From a virus (lineage: Duplodnaviria; Caudoviricetes): a stretch of 64,000 bases of DNA. The notes below the pieces were generated by a model. The model was not told the DNA's origin. It saw only the letters and a list, made by a program, of their open reading frames with translations, and searched no databases. Made by a program: the position numbers and the translations under genes. The stretch lies in the IMG/VR virus record IMGVR_UViG_3300030330_006886, positions 7,026-71,025 of that record; one strand, written 5' to 3'. This document shows positions 38,901 to 47,754 of the stretch, one piece after another; the stretch's first letter is position 1; each line of letters begins with the position of its first letter.

Positions 38901-41900
38901 CCGCCTTTGACAAGCGCAGAATGTGGAGTTATTGGCGGTGTCGCTGCGGCTGCAAGGGTTAACGCGGTTGCCGCATTTTTAGCAAAGCCCACTCCTCTTG
39001 ACTCTCTGCCAGCTTCTACTCTTTGCCGCTCAGTCATATTAATCCGTGCCTCAGGAGACGGAGGAGGAAAAAATCCTTGAGCCATTTCGCCCAACATCAT
39101 AGTTGTGAACACAGGACCCATCGCTCGTTCTCCAGCACCTTTTAATCCAGTACTAAATCTTGCTGCAGTATCAGATATTTTTCTAAAACGACTTCTAGGA
39201 TCAACTGCAGGAGCTGGGGTACCAGCTGTTCTTCCAAATGCTCCAGTTCCTGTTGGTCTGCTAGATTTTTCTACAGCTTTGACTGTTGCAGCGCCAACTG
39301 AATCTCCTAGTTTTTTGCTAGCTTTATCGTCTATACCAGTAATTCGAACGTCTTTACCTTCGCGCATAATATAATCTGTAACATCATCAGCAAATGTCGC
39401 ACCAGCACCTCTTCTAGGTATTACGGCACCACTTCTACGCAAAGCAAAGTTTGGTAAATTCGCAGTTCTTAAATCTTCTCCTCTGTGCATTCTTCGTGCA
39501 TCTGCAAAGTTATTTTGTCCAATCGTGGGAGAAATAACTCCAAAGCCGCCAGGATTAAATGGACTTCTTAATGCTGTGTTTTGTACGACTTTTGTTTTGA
39601 CGCTAGATGGAGAAATTCCTAGCATACCACCGACTTGCATTTTTTCTCTTCTTACTGCATCTCCTATTGGAGAAAAGTTAGGGAATAATGGTGTGGCAAA
39701 TTTTCTAAAAGCTCCTCTAAAAGCTGCGCCCTTTAATCCACCAAACATTCCGTGTTCTTTAGTGCCTGGCTTCATTTGTCCAAATGGCCCTGTTCCACCC
39801 ATCATTTGATCATCTAAAAAGCTTCTCAAACCCTTACCACCTTTGATAGCACTGCCTGATACTGGATCTTTTGTATTACCTAAGAAATCATAAACTTTTT
39901 GATTTGACCTAATATGTTTACTTATCATGGACATAGAGTTTTCTCTTGACATAGTAGCTTTTACTTCCACTGGTTTACCAGATCTGTCTACTGAGTCAAT
40001 TATATAATTTTTATGATCAAAACCTGTAAGCCCATATTTTCTCATTAAAGCTTGCTCTACAGCACCTCTTTGATAGTGACTTCTAAGGGCTGCTGCTTGT
40101 CTAGATTCAGAGGTAACACTGCTACCTGTGGTTGGAAGATGTTTATTTACAGCATTATTAAATGCCCCGACTGGATCTTTAGCAAAAGCCTCTGTTCTCA
40201 TATTTGCCAATCCGTCTTTGTAAATTTTAGACATCATCTCATCGTTTACTGCAGGAATCGGACTCTTTTGGCTATAAACATCCTTATAAAAACTTTGCGC
40301 TGAGTCGGGCGTAGCAAAACCTGACCTATGAGAACCTAATCCTGCAGATATATGCGTAACATTATTAGCTTTAAAAAAGGCGCTTAACTCTTCCCCTAAG
40401 CGCGGCATTTTCTTTTTACCCTTTCTAATAGCTTTTGACAAAAAAGCGTTAACGCTGTGCTTACCTGAAAACTCGCCACCAGCACTAACTCCACCCATTA
40501 ATTGTCCAACATTAAAAACCTTGTTACCTTTTGCGTCAGTCTCAAAATGCTGAAAATTAGGCACTCCAGTAGTTGGTGCAAATGAAGGTGCTCCGCGTCT
40601 ACCTCTTCCTTTTGTTATAAAGCCTGCAGCGCTAACTCCAAAGCCGCCTGCATATGCGCCTGCTGCCATTCTTGCACTTGCCGCTGCAGCTTTTTCTCGA
40701 AGCACAACTTCTTGCGCTAAAAATCTATTTACTATTGCAGCTTGTCTTGCAGTATTTCCTTCTGCTGCTGCGATTTGCTGTTGAAACTTTACGTTTGTGG
40801 CGAGTAGCTGGCCAATGCCTTGTTGAAGTGCAGCTTGTTGTTTTGATGCATTGTTCAGTCCTAATAAGTTTTTTAAACTTTTAACACCAAATACACTTAA
40901 GTCTTTGAATAATTTCAAAAACACGCCGCCGATAACAATTAAACCTGGACCTGTTAAAACTCCTCCAATACCTCTTAGTAATCCTTTTGCAAAGTTTGAT
41001 CCCGCACCTTCACCATCTAGTCCACGAGTTGCTCCTTCTACAAGTTCGTTAAAAGTAGTAAGAATATTACGCATTCCTGGGCCAAGACTAATATCACCAA
41101 TTTTCTTTGCTAATTCTTCAACAGCTAGCCCACCCTGAGTTGCGAGTGCCGCAAGTGTTTTATTTAATTGTTGATTTTTTTGAATTGCTTGATCTGTTGC
41201 ATTTGCAGAAACTTGTTGAGCTCTGTTGTATTCATTATTAACGGTACTTAAATCTCCTAATACAGATTTTAAAATGTTGATTTGAAATTTGCCCGCAACA
41301 AACTGATCAATTGTAGCTTTTTGTGATCTATTAAGCCCATCATATGATTGTGCTAAATTTTGTAGAATTTTGTTAGCTGGTAATGCGGCACCAGCTACAT
41401 CATCAACAGCTATCTTGACGCTCCTCAGTGCCGCTAAAGCTTTGGGATCTTGTATACGAGTATAAATTGTTTTGAAAGCGTTACCAATAACAGCACCACC
41501 ACGAGCAGTTCTTTGTTGCGCTACTGTGACTAAAGCAACCAGCTCATCAAAGCTAACTCCAGCGTCTTGAGCTACAGCGCCTGCACGACTCAACGCGTCA
41601 ATCAAGTCATCTGTACCAACCGCAAATTGAACGTCAACGGCAGACAGTTTGTTAATAATCTGAGTGGTAGTAAGTCCAGCTTTGCCAAAGCCGTTAACTG
41701 CAGCAGTTAGACCTTTAACAGAGTCCGCAGCTTTTAGTCCAGTAAGACGAGTAAGAATAAGCGCATCATTTGTACGCTTTAATGTTTCTTCAATACTTAA
41801 ACCTTGACGAGCAAATTCAGTAGCAGCTTCAGCAACCACGTCAAAACTTTGTGCAGTATTTTTTGCAACTTTGAAAAGTCCATCTCCGAATTTTGCAATG

Positions 41901-42229
41901 CCTTTTTGCGAAGCACCTAAAACAATATTAATGTCGGTTAATTTTTTCTCGACATTGATTGTAGTAGCGACTAAGGATTTAAAAGCATTACTGATACCAT
42001 TGATAACACCAACGCTGGCCCCGAATGCAATAACACGAGCGTTAGAAGCTTCAATAGATTTTGTAAATTCGTCCGCATCTGCTCTTATCTTTCCAAGCAT
42101 TCTGCCCAACGGAGCTACTGCTCCTGACGATCTGCCCAAGTTTCTAAACGCCGTTGCTGCCTCGCCTTCTATCGATTTTGCAAGCGTTCCTCTTTTTGCT
42201 ACTACTGGTACTTCTATTGCTCTGGCCAT
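35906..42229 (-). CDS. Tail tape measure protein (TP901-like core, about 2107 aa)
   Basis: Ala/Gly-rich helical core (LSRAGAVAQDAGVSFDELVAL...GNAFKTIYTR); C-terminal PAMLxxGE(F/Y)V repeats. Start placed at MARAIEVP (42229), with AAGG upstream. Confidence 0.9.
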   Translation of the reverse strand: MARAIEVPVVAKRGTLAKSIEGEAATAFRNLGRSSGAVAPLGRMLGKIRADADEFTKSIEASNARVIAFGASVGVINGISNAFKSLVATTINVEKKLTDINIVLGASQKGIAKFGDGLFKVAKNTAQSFDVVAEAATEFARQGLSIEETLKRTNDALILTRLTGLKAADSVKGLTAAVNGFGKAGLTTTQIINKLSAVDVQFAVGTDDLIDALSRAGAVAQDAGVSFDELVALVTVAQQRTARGGAVIGNAFKTIYTRIQDPKALAALRSVKIAVDDVAGAALPANKILQNLAQSYDGLNRSQKATIDQFVAGKFQINILKSVLGDLSTVNNEYNRAQQVSANATDQAIQKNQQLNKTLAALATQGGLAVEELAKKIGDISLGPGMRNILTTFNELVEGATRGLDGEGAGSNFAKGLLRGIGGVLTGPGLIVIGGVFLKLFKDLSVFGVKSLKNLLGLNNASKQQAALQQGIGQLLATNVKFQQQIAAAEGNTARQAAIVNRFLAQEVVLREKAAAASARMAAGAYAGGFGVSAAGFITKGRGRRGAPSFAPTTGVPNFQHFETDAKGNKVFNVGQLMGGVSAGGEFSGKHSVNAFLSKAIRKGKKKMPRLGEELSAFFKANNVTHISAGLGSHRSGFATPDSAQSFYKDVYSQKSPIPAVNDEMMSKIYKDGLANMRTEAFAKDPVGAFNNAVNKHLPTTGSSVTSESRQAAALRSHYQRGAVEQALMRKYGLTGFDHKNYIIDSVDRSGKPVEVKATMSRENSMSMISKHIRSNQKVYDFLGNTKDPVSGSAIKGGKGLRSFLDDQMMGGTGPFGQMKPGTKEHGMFGGLKGAAFRGAFRKFATPLFPNFSPIGDAVRREKMQVGGMLGISPSSVKTKVVQNTALRSPFNPGGFGVISPTIGQNNFADARRMHRGEDLRTANLPNFALRRSGAVIPRRGAGATFADDVTDYIMREGKDVRITGIDDKASKKLGDSVGAATVKAVEKSSRPTGTGAFGRTAGTPAPAVDPRSRFRKISDTAARFSTGLKGAGERAMGPVFTTMMLGEMAQGFFPPPSPEARINMTERQRVEAGRESRGVGFAKNAATALTLAAAATPPITPHSALVKGGLVLAGTGAAYLAGHSAGGQGNLSLDERGLLLESTMIQRQNDQTLGDTARQALIAASESRSNPSQFKGALQKGRDALKDIKDPTLKSKLTKAFNEAEQSGGFSKGVRTMGEIQTQEASRISDNVTRKRAGLALHSLIDNRDTMTDEQLRGVASDLSSLSREDQQKINALLLSGGNIRDLNFLESMGIGFTQANEFKENIGQGDLRNQGLLGDSKLGRLMRELNTAGPSGPGPLGGPEGINLQPEFDAMRLNLLRSRTGNTQFQAREAGAARVRGISQQARLDLVGRFGGARATAREAFLDQMNEANLQKNLDQRNLASDFAGRFGALPLSATPQNQKLMQTLSSALAGGDIGAAVAATDKLKFGAGKVEFEGSELDIMDDSRKKLQEFAENLKNSAKLLEINANAQEDFIKAQKKMADLMSKNGPLIAGIEGFKNSLQSALQSIADPSMSASKIGMNLLMGTLGSINQQASGQVADFVGGKLGNFFGIGTPDKGQRGMYISGSRTGDKNPAMLEDGEYVLNRNAVKAMGGPGALDSINFGMFPRFQNGGVFGGVPSKHRKKALDKFGHASFGPSGGGSAAGGGGIGLNLGIFNPNLSSLAHANDPTLQATRGFLRQERQKDIQKQFQKQAERDQLVSTVVSTGINVGLSALMSGNLFKKKFTPDQSLIDTAAGYGHGDQSPGAADLPAPGFNMVPGPLSLTPFGGRQGTPMAPRFTGTASANRAIRMSDQHFQLGKNLASGMSMNKAVAQSDAHGGRAGALMNTFRKAGIKPGDRAAMAQHMYNEALSVGGKYGVIPLPEHRGLGGLGIHQKFEQAIEKQVDDTVFEYLSTDEPLFDPTRQMRGLNIKDANDKLFRQQYPDIFMPKKQRGGSIDNIPAMLTGGEFVVNAGAVRKYGSNMLNSMNRFQSGGMVGNQKFVPQEGSAKSSDASSSTNNNTVNIAVNMGATGPTISEDASGTNNDRQSNGRDLGRKIRHAVLQVIESEKRVGGKLRDPYAKP

Positions 42230-42253
42230 GGGTCCAATTATCCTTATATGCAA

Positions 42254-42259
42254 TTACAC
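42254..42259 (-). promoter_or_regulatory. GTGTAA motif
   Basis: TGTGTAATTGCATATAAGG, 24 nt upstream of the tape measure ATG 42229. Confidence 0.6.
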
Positions 42260-42266
42260 ATAAAAA

Positions 42267-43265
42267 TTAACCCATTCCACTTAATTTCATTAAATCTTCC
42301 ATGTTTAAGGTGCCGCCCTTTTTCTTTGCCGCTTCTTCTAAGGAAACTGTTCCAGCTCCTTGCGTTTCAATACCTAATGATTCAAGGTCTTCTTTTGTCG
42401 CTCCAAACAAGCCTGCTCCGCCTTCGCCAGATTTTTCCATAACTTCTCTTGCTTTTTCTCTACCTTTAGGATTTCTTGCCCAATCCATAAGTTTTTGCGG
42501 ATCTTTGCGTATTTTAAAAGGTATTTCTTCTCCAGAATTAAATATGTTTTTAAACATTACAGTATAAGAGTATAATCTTAATTGATAATGTGTTAAAAGA
42601 GTAGTAGGTTTTCCGAAAAAGTCTAACGGTTTATCACAGCACTGCATATACGGTCCGTAAAAATCTTCTAAAACCATTTTTTGAAAATTTAAATCAGAAT
42701 ATGTTCCAAATATTTCATTATATATAGCATTAACTATTGATAATTCAGTATTTGATAATTCGTCAAATAATTGTTGTGTAAAAACAGCATCTTCAAATTT
42801 TATGTCATAATAAAAGCTTTTTATAATATACAAATCAATACAACGTTTTTCCGCATAATCTTCACAAGTATTACCCAACAGTCCTCTTCTTATTTTTAGT
42901 TTTTCGTCCAGCTCTTCGCGAGCTTTGTGAATCAGTTCGTCTTGTCTATCTATTTGACTCTGCAAATATAATCCAGCTTTATTGTCTATCAAGCTTTGAA
43001 TAAAAGAGCGTTGATCTGATATATCTTTTTCGTCTTTATCTGTCCAATCGCCACTGTCTTTTAGAAATTTTAATACTTCTTTTTCTTCAGGGATTCCTCT
43101 TTGCTTTGCGCGTTCTAAATGCTCTAATCTGTAATCATCCAGATCAACTTGTTCATTAACGCCAAGATGCTTAACGTAGATTTTTTTGTTGTTATAATAA
43201 TTTATTGAATGTCCGCGAACAACATCACGAAAAATGCGCTTGAACAGTGTTTGTTCTAAACCCAT
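42267..43265 (-). CDS. Hypothetical protein, tail assembly chaperone-like by position
   Basis: Helical and charged; immediately upstream of the tape measure; TAATG overlap with the upstream gene. Confidence 0.5.
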   Translation of the reverse strand: MGLEQTLFKRIFRDVVRGHSINYYNNKKIYVKHLGVNEQVDLDDYRLEHLERAKQRGIPEEKEVLKFLKDSGDWTDKDEKDISDQRSFIQSLIDNKAGLYLQSQIDRQDELIHKAREELDEKLKIRRGLLGNTCEDYAEKRCIDLYIIKSFYYDIKFEDAVFTQQLFDELSNTELSIVNAIYNEIFGTYSDLNFQKMVLEDFYGPYMQCCDKPLDFFGKPTTLLTHYQLRLYSYTVMFKNIFNSGEEIPFKIRKDPQKLMDWARNPKGREKAREVMEKSGEGGAGLFGATKEDLESLGIETQGAGTVSLEEAAKKKGGTLNMEDLMKLSGMG

Positions 43266-44026
43266 TAAACATTACCTTCTTCAATATCTTTATCTAGCTG
43301 TTCAATGTCTGCGCGAGTTACTCCCGCCGTAAAATACCAATAACTTACAAAGGTTGCAAGTTTTGATTGAACTAGTAAATATAATTCGTCTTGAGCTTCA
43401 TCAAGTTCATAATAATGATTTTCTTTTTGTTCAAAAGAGTCTCCTACAAACAATGGCTCTGGATCTTCTTCTCCTCTTGCGACATATGCTAAATTTAAAA
43501 CGTACCACAAAATAACTCTGTTTTGAGCTTTAGTGTCCGCAGTATGATTAAACAAAGAAGCATATGCAGTTTCAGTATCAACAATGTCTCTGCGTAGCGC
43601 CGCGATATCTTGAATTAATTGTTTTTCTTTTTCTTCATCTTCTTCTGTGCGATCTCCCGTTTTTGTATTTAGTCTTGTGAAATCAGTTTGAAGTTGATTT
43701 AGTTGTCCGTATTTTTGAGTTAATACTTGAGCATCAGTTTCTGCCATCAATCCGCCAGAATCACTATATTTTTTAGCAAGCATAGCTTTTGTAAGAATGC
43801 CTCTTTTGATGCATTGACTAATTTCAATGCTATACTCCATATCAGCTTCTTCAATTTGTCTGCGATTAGGCTCTTTCAAAATAACCCGCACAGGCTCTTT
43901 TTCTGTAAACTTTTCATTGACAGACACTGTTTTTTCTTCACCAGTATCTTTATCAATAATTGTTTTTTCGACTTTCTTTTCTTTTTCCTTTGAAAGTTCG
44001 ACTGTAAAGCTATATATTTCGTTCAT
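43265..44026 (-). CDS. Hypothetical protein, tail assembly chaperone-like
   Basis: Acidic coiled coil; VILKEPNRRQIEEAD segment; position upstream of the tape measure. Confidence 0.5.
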   Translation of the reverse strand: MNEIYSFTVELSKEKEKKVEKTIIDKDTGEEKTVSVNEKFTEKEPVRVILKEPNRRQIEEADMEYSIEISQCIKRGILTKAMLAKKYSDSGGLMAETDAQVLTQKYGQLNQLQTDFTRLNTKTGDRTEEDEEKEKQLIQDIAALRRDIVDTETAYASLFNHTADTKAQNRVILWYVLNLAYVARGEEDPEPLFVGDSFEQKENHYYELDEAQDELYLLVQSKLATFVSYWYFTAGVTRADIEQLDKDIEEGNV

Positions 44027-44044
44027 ACCTTGATCCTTATTATA

Positions 44045-44332
44045 TTAATTTTTAAATTGAAATTCTATTGTGAACTTATCTAAATCATCGTCATTATTGC
44101 GAATATTTTCATTGCCCATATCTAATACTTTTTTACGAAGATATTGCATCTTCTTTTCGTCGAAATAATCAGCCTGTTCGATTAATTCTTTATGATTGGG
44201 TAAATTTTTGCGAAGTTTGCAAAAATGAATGTCATGGTCTGTTTTTAAATCTTCTAATAAAATTAAAAATGTCTTAAATAATTTCTTAGTATTACGACCA
44301 TAATAATCGCCTAATAATCCTTTTGCGTCCAT
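44045..44332 (-). CDS. Hypothetical protein (95 aa)
   Basis: AAGG-type RBS and GTGTAA motif upstream; first gene of the leftward tail operon. Confidence 0.6.
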   Translation of the reverse strand: MDAKGLLGDYYGRNTKKLFKTFLILLEDLKTDHDIHFCKLRKNLPNHKELIEQADYFDEKKMQYLRKKVLDMGNENIRNNDDDLDKFTIEFQFKN

Positions 44333-44358
44333 AATTTAAACCTTAAACCTAAATTATA

Positions 44359-44385
44359 TTACACAAAAAACAATAAAAAGTGTAA
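44359..44385. promoter_or_regulatory. Back-to-back divergent GTGTAA motifs
   Basis: Minus copy 44359-44364 faces ATG 44332; plus copy 44380-44385 faces ATG 44394. Confidence 0.7.
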
Positions 44386-44393
44386 AGAAAAGC

Positions 44394-44846
44394 ATGGCAA
44401 GTTTACTTACAGCTACGGATAAATCAGCATTGAATGATGTCATGGACAGTCTCCATGATACTTTTGCACGCGATATCCAGATAATCAAAGAAGCCACAAA
44501 AACAGTTACAACTCCTAGTTCAGAGTTTAACTCTGTTTACGGAACCGCTGGATCAACAACAAGTGTTGTAAATGTAACACAATCTGGCAGTTACAAAGCG
44601 AGAGTTCAATATATGAATCAAAACGAAGAATATTTTGCAGATTCTCAACTTGACTCTCAATTAAAAATTAAAATGCCTGCAGGTAGCGTAAGAATCAAGG
44701 TTTCTGGAGATGCACATAGTTATTTAAAAGATGCAAAACGTGTCCAACTGGATGGCAGAAGGTTTACTATTTTTAGTGATTATAGACCGCATGGACTTTT
44801 TGATGCGAGATTTTACACTTATTATTTAAAGCCAATCGATGAGTAG
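44394..44846 (+). CDS. Putative head closure/stopper protein
   Basis: 150 aa beta-rich (YKARVQY...VRIKVS...RVQLDGRRFTI...YYLKP); first gene of the neck block. Confidence 0.55.
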   Translation: MASLLTATDKSALNDVMDSLHDTFARDIQIIKEATKTVTTPSSEFNSVYGTAGSTTSVVNVTQSGSYKARVQYMNQNEEYFADSQLDSQLKIKMPAGSVRIKVSGDAHSYLKDAKRVQLDGRRFTIFSDYRPHGLFDARFYTYYLKPIDE

Positions 44847-45420
44847 AGTAGTAGTTCCAGCTGGAGCAATTGATATTGTTTATAAACAAACTGGCAAATT
44901 TCTCAGGAAAGATGTAGAGTCTAGACTGATAAAAGAGTTTGAAATATTAAAACAAGAAATGCTTGCAGAATTTAATAACCACCCAGTAACGCAAGAGCTC
45001 GAGCGTGGAGTTGACGCAGATCCAAGTGCATTTGTCAGTAAAGGCAGTTTATTTGGATTTATTGGATTTAACAAAAATGATGAACCAGTAAGAACCGTAA
45101 GAAATATGCTAGAATCTTCTTATATAGCATTTATCCGAGTAAAAAACGCAATAGTTGACTTTAAAATATATTATCCATCTAAAGAGGAACTGTTTGATGC
45201 AACTCCATTACCGTATGCTACGGGCAGAAGCTGGTTAAAAGGTATAGAAACTGGATTATCTGGTCTTGGCAGATATTTAAACGTAGAATCAGACGCTAGT
45301 AGGTCTGGAGGAGGCATTCAAAGTCAATCAAAAATCCGCGGCGGAAGATTTAAAAATACTAAATACATATCAGAAATACTAAACAACTTTTTACTAAAAG
45401 TAAATAAATTATCACTATGA
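44839..45420 (+). CDS. Putative neck/tail-completion protein
   Basis: Basic; ELFDATPLPYATGRSWLKGIE; position between the closure-like and terminator-like genes. Confidence 0.45.
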   Translation: MSRVVVPAGAIDIVYKQTGKFLRKDVESRLIKEFEILKQEMLAEFNNHPVTQELERGVDADPSAFVSKGSLFGFIGFNKNDEPVRTVRNMLESSYIAFIRVKNAIVDFKIYYPSKEELFDATPLPYATGRSWLKGIETGLSGLGRYLNVESDASRSGGGIQSQSKIRGGRFKNTKYISEILNNFLLKVNKLSL

Positions 45421-46340
45421 AACCACAATTTCAACATACATTAATGACCAGCTTTTTTCTTTGGTTTGACAACTATTTGCAAAAGTATGGAGACGCTTAC
45501 AAAAACAAAACTGGCGTATTTTATAATATGACAGATGACAGATTATCAAGTGATTATAACGTTTATTCGTCACAATATAAACAATTTATATTTGATAGTG
45601 GCTTGCATAGCGGAGTTGTAAATTCACAAGGAACTCAGGGTGCAATAGTTCTCGACAGAGTCAGTGGCCAAAGAGAGGATGGCACAGCTTTTGAAATACC
45701 TCGCGGAACAAGTGGTTTAACAATAGATTATGATAACGGTAGAGTATTTTTTACTGGTGACGATTCTGGAAATGTGCCTGGCAATGATTTATCTTTGAGT
45801 GGTCAATTCGCGGTAAAAGACTTTAATATATATATGACAAACCAAACAGAAGAAGATTTGGTTATTGAAAAATTTAAAACAAATGATAGATTTGGTGCTA
45901 TTAACACAACTGGAGTAGAACCTTATGATCAAGTTTTACCAGCAGTTTTTGTTACTTCTGAAAGTGTGCAAAATGAACCATTTGCTTTTGGCGGATTAGA
46001 TATCACAAAAACAAACGTAAAAGCTGTTGTTATGACTAGTGATTTATATTGTTTAGACTGCGTATTGTCATTAGCGGCGGATGCTCAAAAAAGATCTTTT
46101 GTGCAAGTTGACTTTGAAGATTTTCCTACAACTGAATTTGGAGATATAAAGTCAGCAACTTATCCTACAGGATACAGCTACAATCAAGTAGAAAGTGACG
46201 CATCTGACAGTTTGTTTCATATTGAGTCTGTAGACGTTTCAAAATTAAGTGATCGTGTCAAAAAGCGTGTGAATCCTAACATTTTTATAGGGTTTATTGA
46301 TTTTGAAATACACAAATATCGTTCGCCTAGAGCAAATTAA
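45417..46340 (+). CDS. Putative tail terminator/neck protein
   Basis: LPAVFVTSESVQNEPFAFGG...TNVKAVV...FIDFEI pattern; immediately before the major tail gene. Confidence 0.5.
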   Translation: MKPQFQHTLMTSFFLWFDNYLQKYGDAYKNKTGVFYNMTDDRLSSDYNVYSSQYKQFIFDSGLHSGVVNSQGTQGAIVLDRVSGQREDGTAFEIPRGTSGLTIDYDNGRVFFTGDDSGNVPGNDLSLSGQFAVKDFNIYMTNQTEEDLVIEKFKTNDRFGAINTTGVEPYDQVLPAVFVTSESVQNEPFAFGGLDITKTNVKAVVMTSDLYCLDCVLSLAADAQKRSFVQVDFEDFPTTEFGDIKSATYPTGYSYNQVESDASDSLFHIESVDVSKLSDRVKKRVNPNIFIGFIDFEIHKYRSPRAN

Positions 46341-46346
46341 GTGTAA
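46341..46346 (+). promoter_or_regulatory. GTGTAA motif
   Basis: Directly after the stop at 46340, upstream of the major tail gene, followed by an inverted repeat. Confidence 0.55.
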
Positions 46347-46451
46347 AGTAAAGTATAAAGTTGACTTTTAACTTTATATAAGTTTAGAAAAAATTTCACA
46401 TTACAGTAGAAATGTTGTAAACAACAATAACCTTAAACCTTTTTAAACATC

Positions 46452-47687
46452 ATGGCAAGAAACAGAGTAATTTATCAAAGTGAAGCGTTGTTTGTGACCC
46501 ACCAATATACTGGTAAACATACAATCGACTTAGTAACCAATGGAATTGGAGGAGTTGGGGGTGCTGCCACCAATTTTGCAGCTGCACATGGAAGTATTCC
46601 CCTAGATGCAATGCACCAAATCCATCGCGTTCAAAGTGCAAACTACAACTTTGCAATTAATAGAACCGATATCAATCAATTTGGACAGCTAGCTCGTATA
46701 GACACAGCTGTAATTGATGCTCCAACTGTAGGGCTAGATTTTACATATTTAGTAACAAACGGTGTAAATGAAGACGCGCTAGGTATTTCAGTCGACAGTG
46801 CAAATGACATCACTCCTACGTGTTCTGCCATTTCTGGTATCCTTTCAAATATTTCTGGTAGAAACTATCATATTCTAACGGTAAAAGAAGGAGAAGATGC
46901 CAATGGCGGCGGAGCTCAAGCTGATAGCACAAGCACTGTAATTTCAATTGGTAATGGATTTATCACTAACTATAGCGTTAACGCGTCAGTTGGTGCAGTT
47001 CCAACAGCCAGCGTCTCTGTTGAAGGGTTAAACATTAACGCTCAAACTGCAGCGGCGACAATGACCACTCCAGCAATTGACCCTGACGCTGGGACACAGG
47101 GTACTGCGACATTTGGATTGCCTGCCCCAGTTACTGGTTCTGTTGGAGAAGTAATTAGGCCTGGTGATATACAGGTATTATTTGCTGGCTCTAGCAATAA
47201 TCAAGGAACGGGAGTCTTGACTAACTTAGTTGACAGCGCCTCTGCAACTTCTGCGCATATTAATAGTTTTTCAATTGATTTGCCATTAGGCAGAAGCGTA
47301 TTACAAAGATTAGGAAATTCTTTTGGCTTTGCCAGAGAAATCGACTTCCCAGTTCAAGTATCTGTTAGTGTATCTGCTACTGTTGCAGATTTAAAAGCAG
47401 GCAATTTGTTCGACGAATTGTACGATAATACAAAACACGATATTGTCTTGAAAATGCATAAAAATGCTGCTGGCGGAAGTAGCGCTGGAGTTAACGCGCA
47501 AGGTCAGTTAGCTTATGTTATCAAAAATGCAACGCTAGACAGCGAATCATTTAGCTCAAGCATTGGAGATAATAAATCTGTTGATTTATCATTTACTGCT
47601 ACTATTGGTGGTCCACAAGATACAACAAACGGATTGTTTATTTCTGGAACTCAGTGTGGAAATAATGATATTAGAAGTTCAGAATAA
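46452..47687 (+). CDS. Major tail tube protein candidate (internally duplicated)
   Basis: 411 aa Ser/Thr/Gly-rich beta protein; two related halves (RVQSANYNFAINRTDINQFG and HINSFSIDLPLGRSVLQRLG); long dedicated upstream intergenic region. Confidence 0.7.
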   Translation: MARNRVIYQSEALFVTHQYTGKHTIDLVTNGIGGVGGAATNFAAAHGSIPLDAMHQIHRVQSANYNFAINRTDINQFGQLARIDTAVIDAPTVGLDFTYLVTNGVNEDALGISVDSANDITPTCSAISGILSNISGRNYHILTVKEGEDANGGGAQADSTSTVISIGNGFITNYSVNASVGAVPTASVSVEGLNINAQTAAATMTTPAIDPDAGTQGTATFGLPAPVTGSVGEVIRPGDIQVLFAGSSNNQGTGVLTNLVDSASATSAHINSFSIDLPLGRSVLQRLGNSFGFAREIDFPVQVSVSVSATVADLKAGNLFDELYDNTKHDIVLKMHKNAAGGSSAGVNAQGQLAYVIKNATLDSESFSSSIGDNKSVDLSFTATIGGPQDTTNGLFISGTQCGNNDIRSSE

Positions 47688-47712
47688 AATACCATTAAAT
47701 ATAAGTTATATT

Positions 47713-47742
47713 TTACACCACAGTCTTTTGATTGTGGTGTAA
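47713..47742. promoter_or_regulatory. Hairpin whose right arm is the GTGTAA motif
   Basis: TTACACCACA-GTCTTTTGAT-TGTGGTGTAA; plus-strand GTGTAA at 47737-47742, 12 nt before ATG 47755. Confidence 0.65.
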
Positions 47743-47754
47743 TTTTATATAGGC

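Noticed and set aside
43255-43330. Lambda G/GT-type programmed frameshift in the chaperone genes
   Set aside because: No XXXYYYZ slippery heptamer near the stop; the junction is a plain TAATG overlap and the downstream gene has its own ATG.
44341-46440. Identical 10-mer CCTTAAACCT at 44341-44350 and 46431-46440
   Set aside because: It has opposite orientation relative to its genes, the first copy is explained as an AAGG ribosome-binding site, and two copies of a 10-mer is weak evidence.
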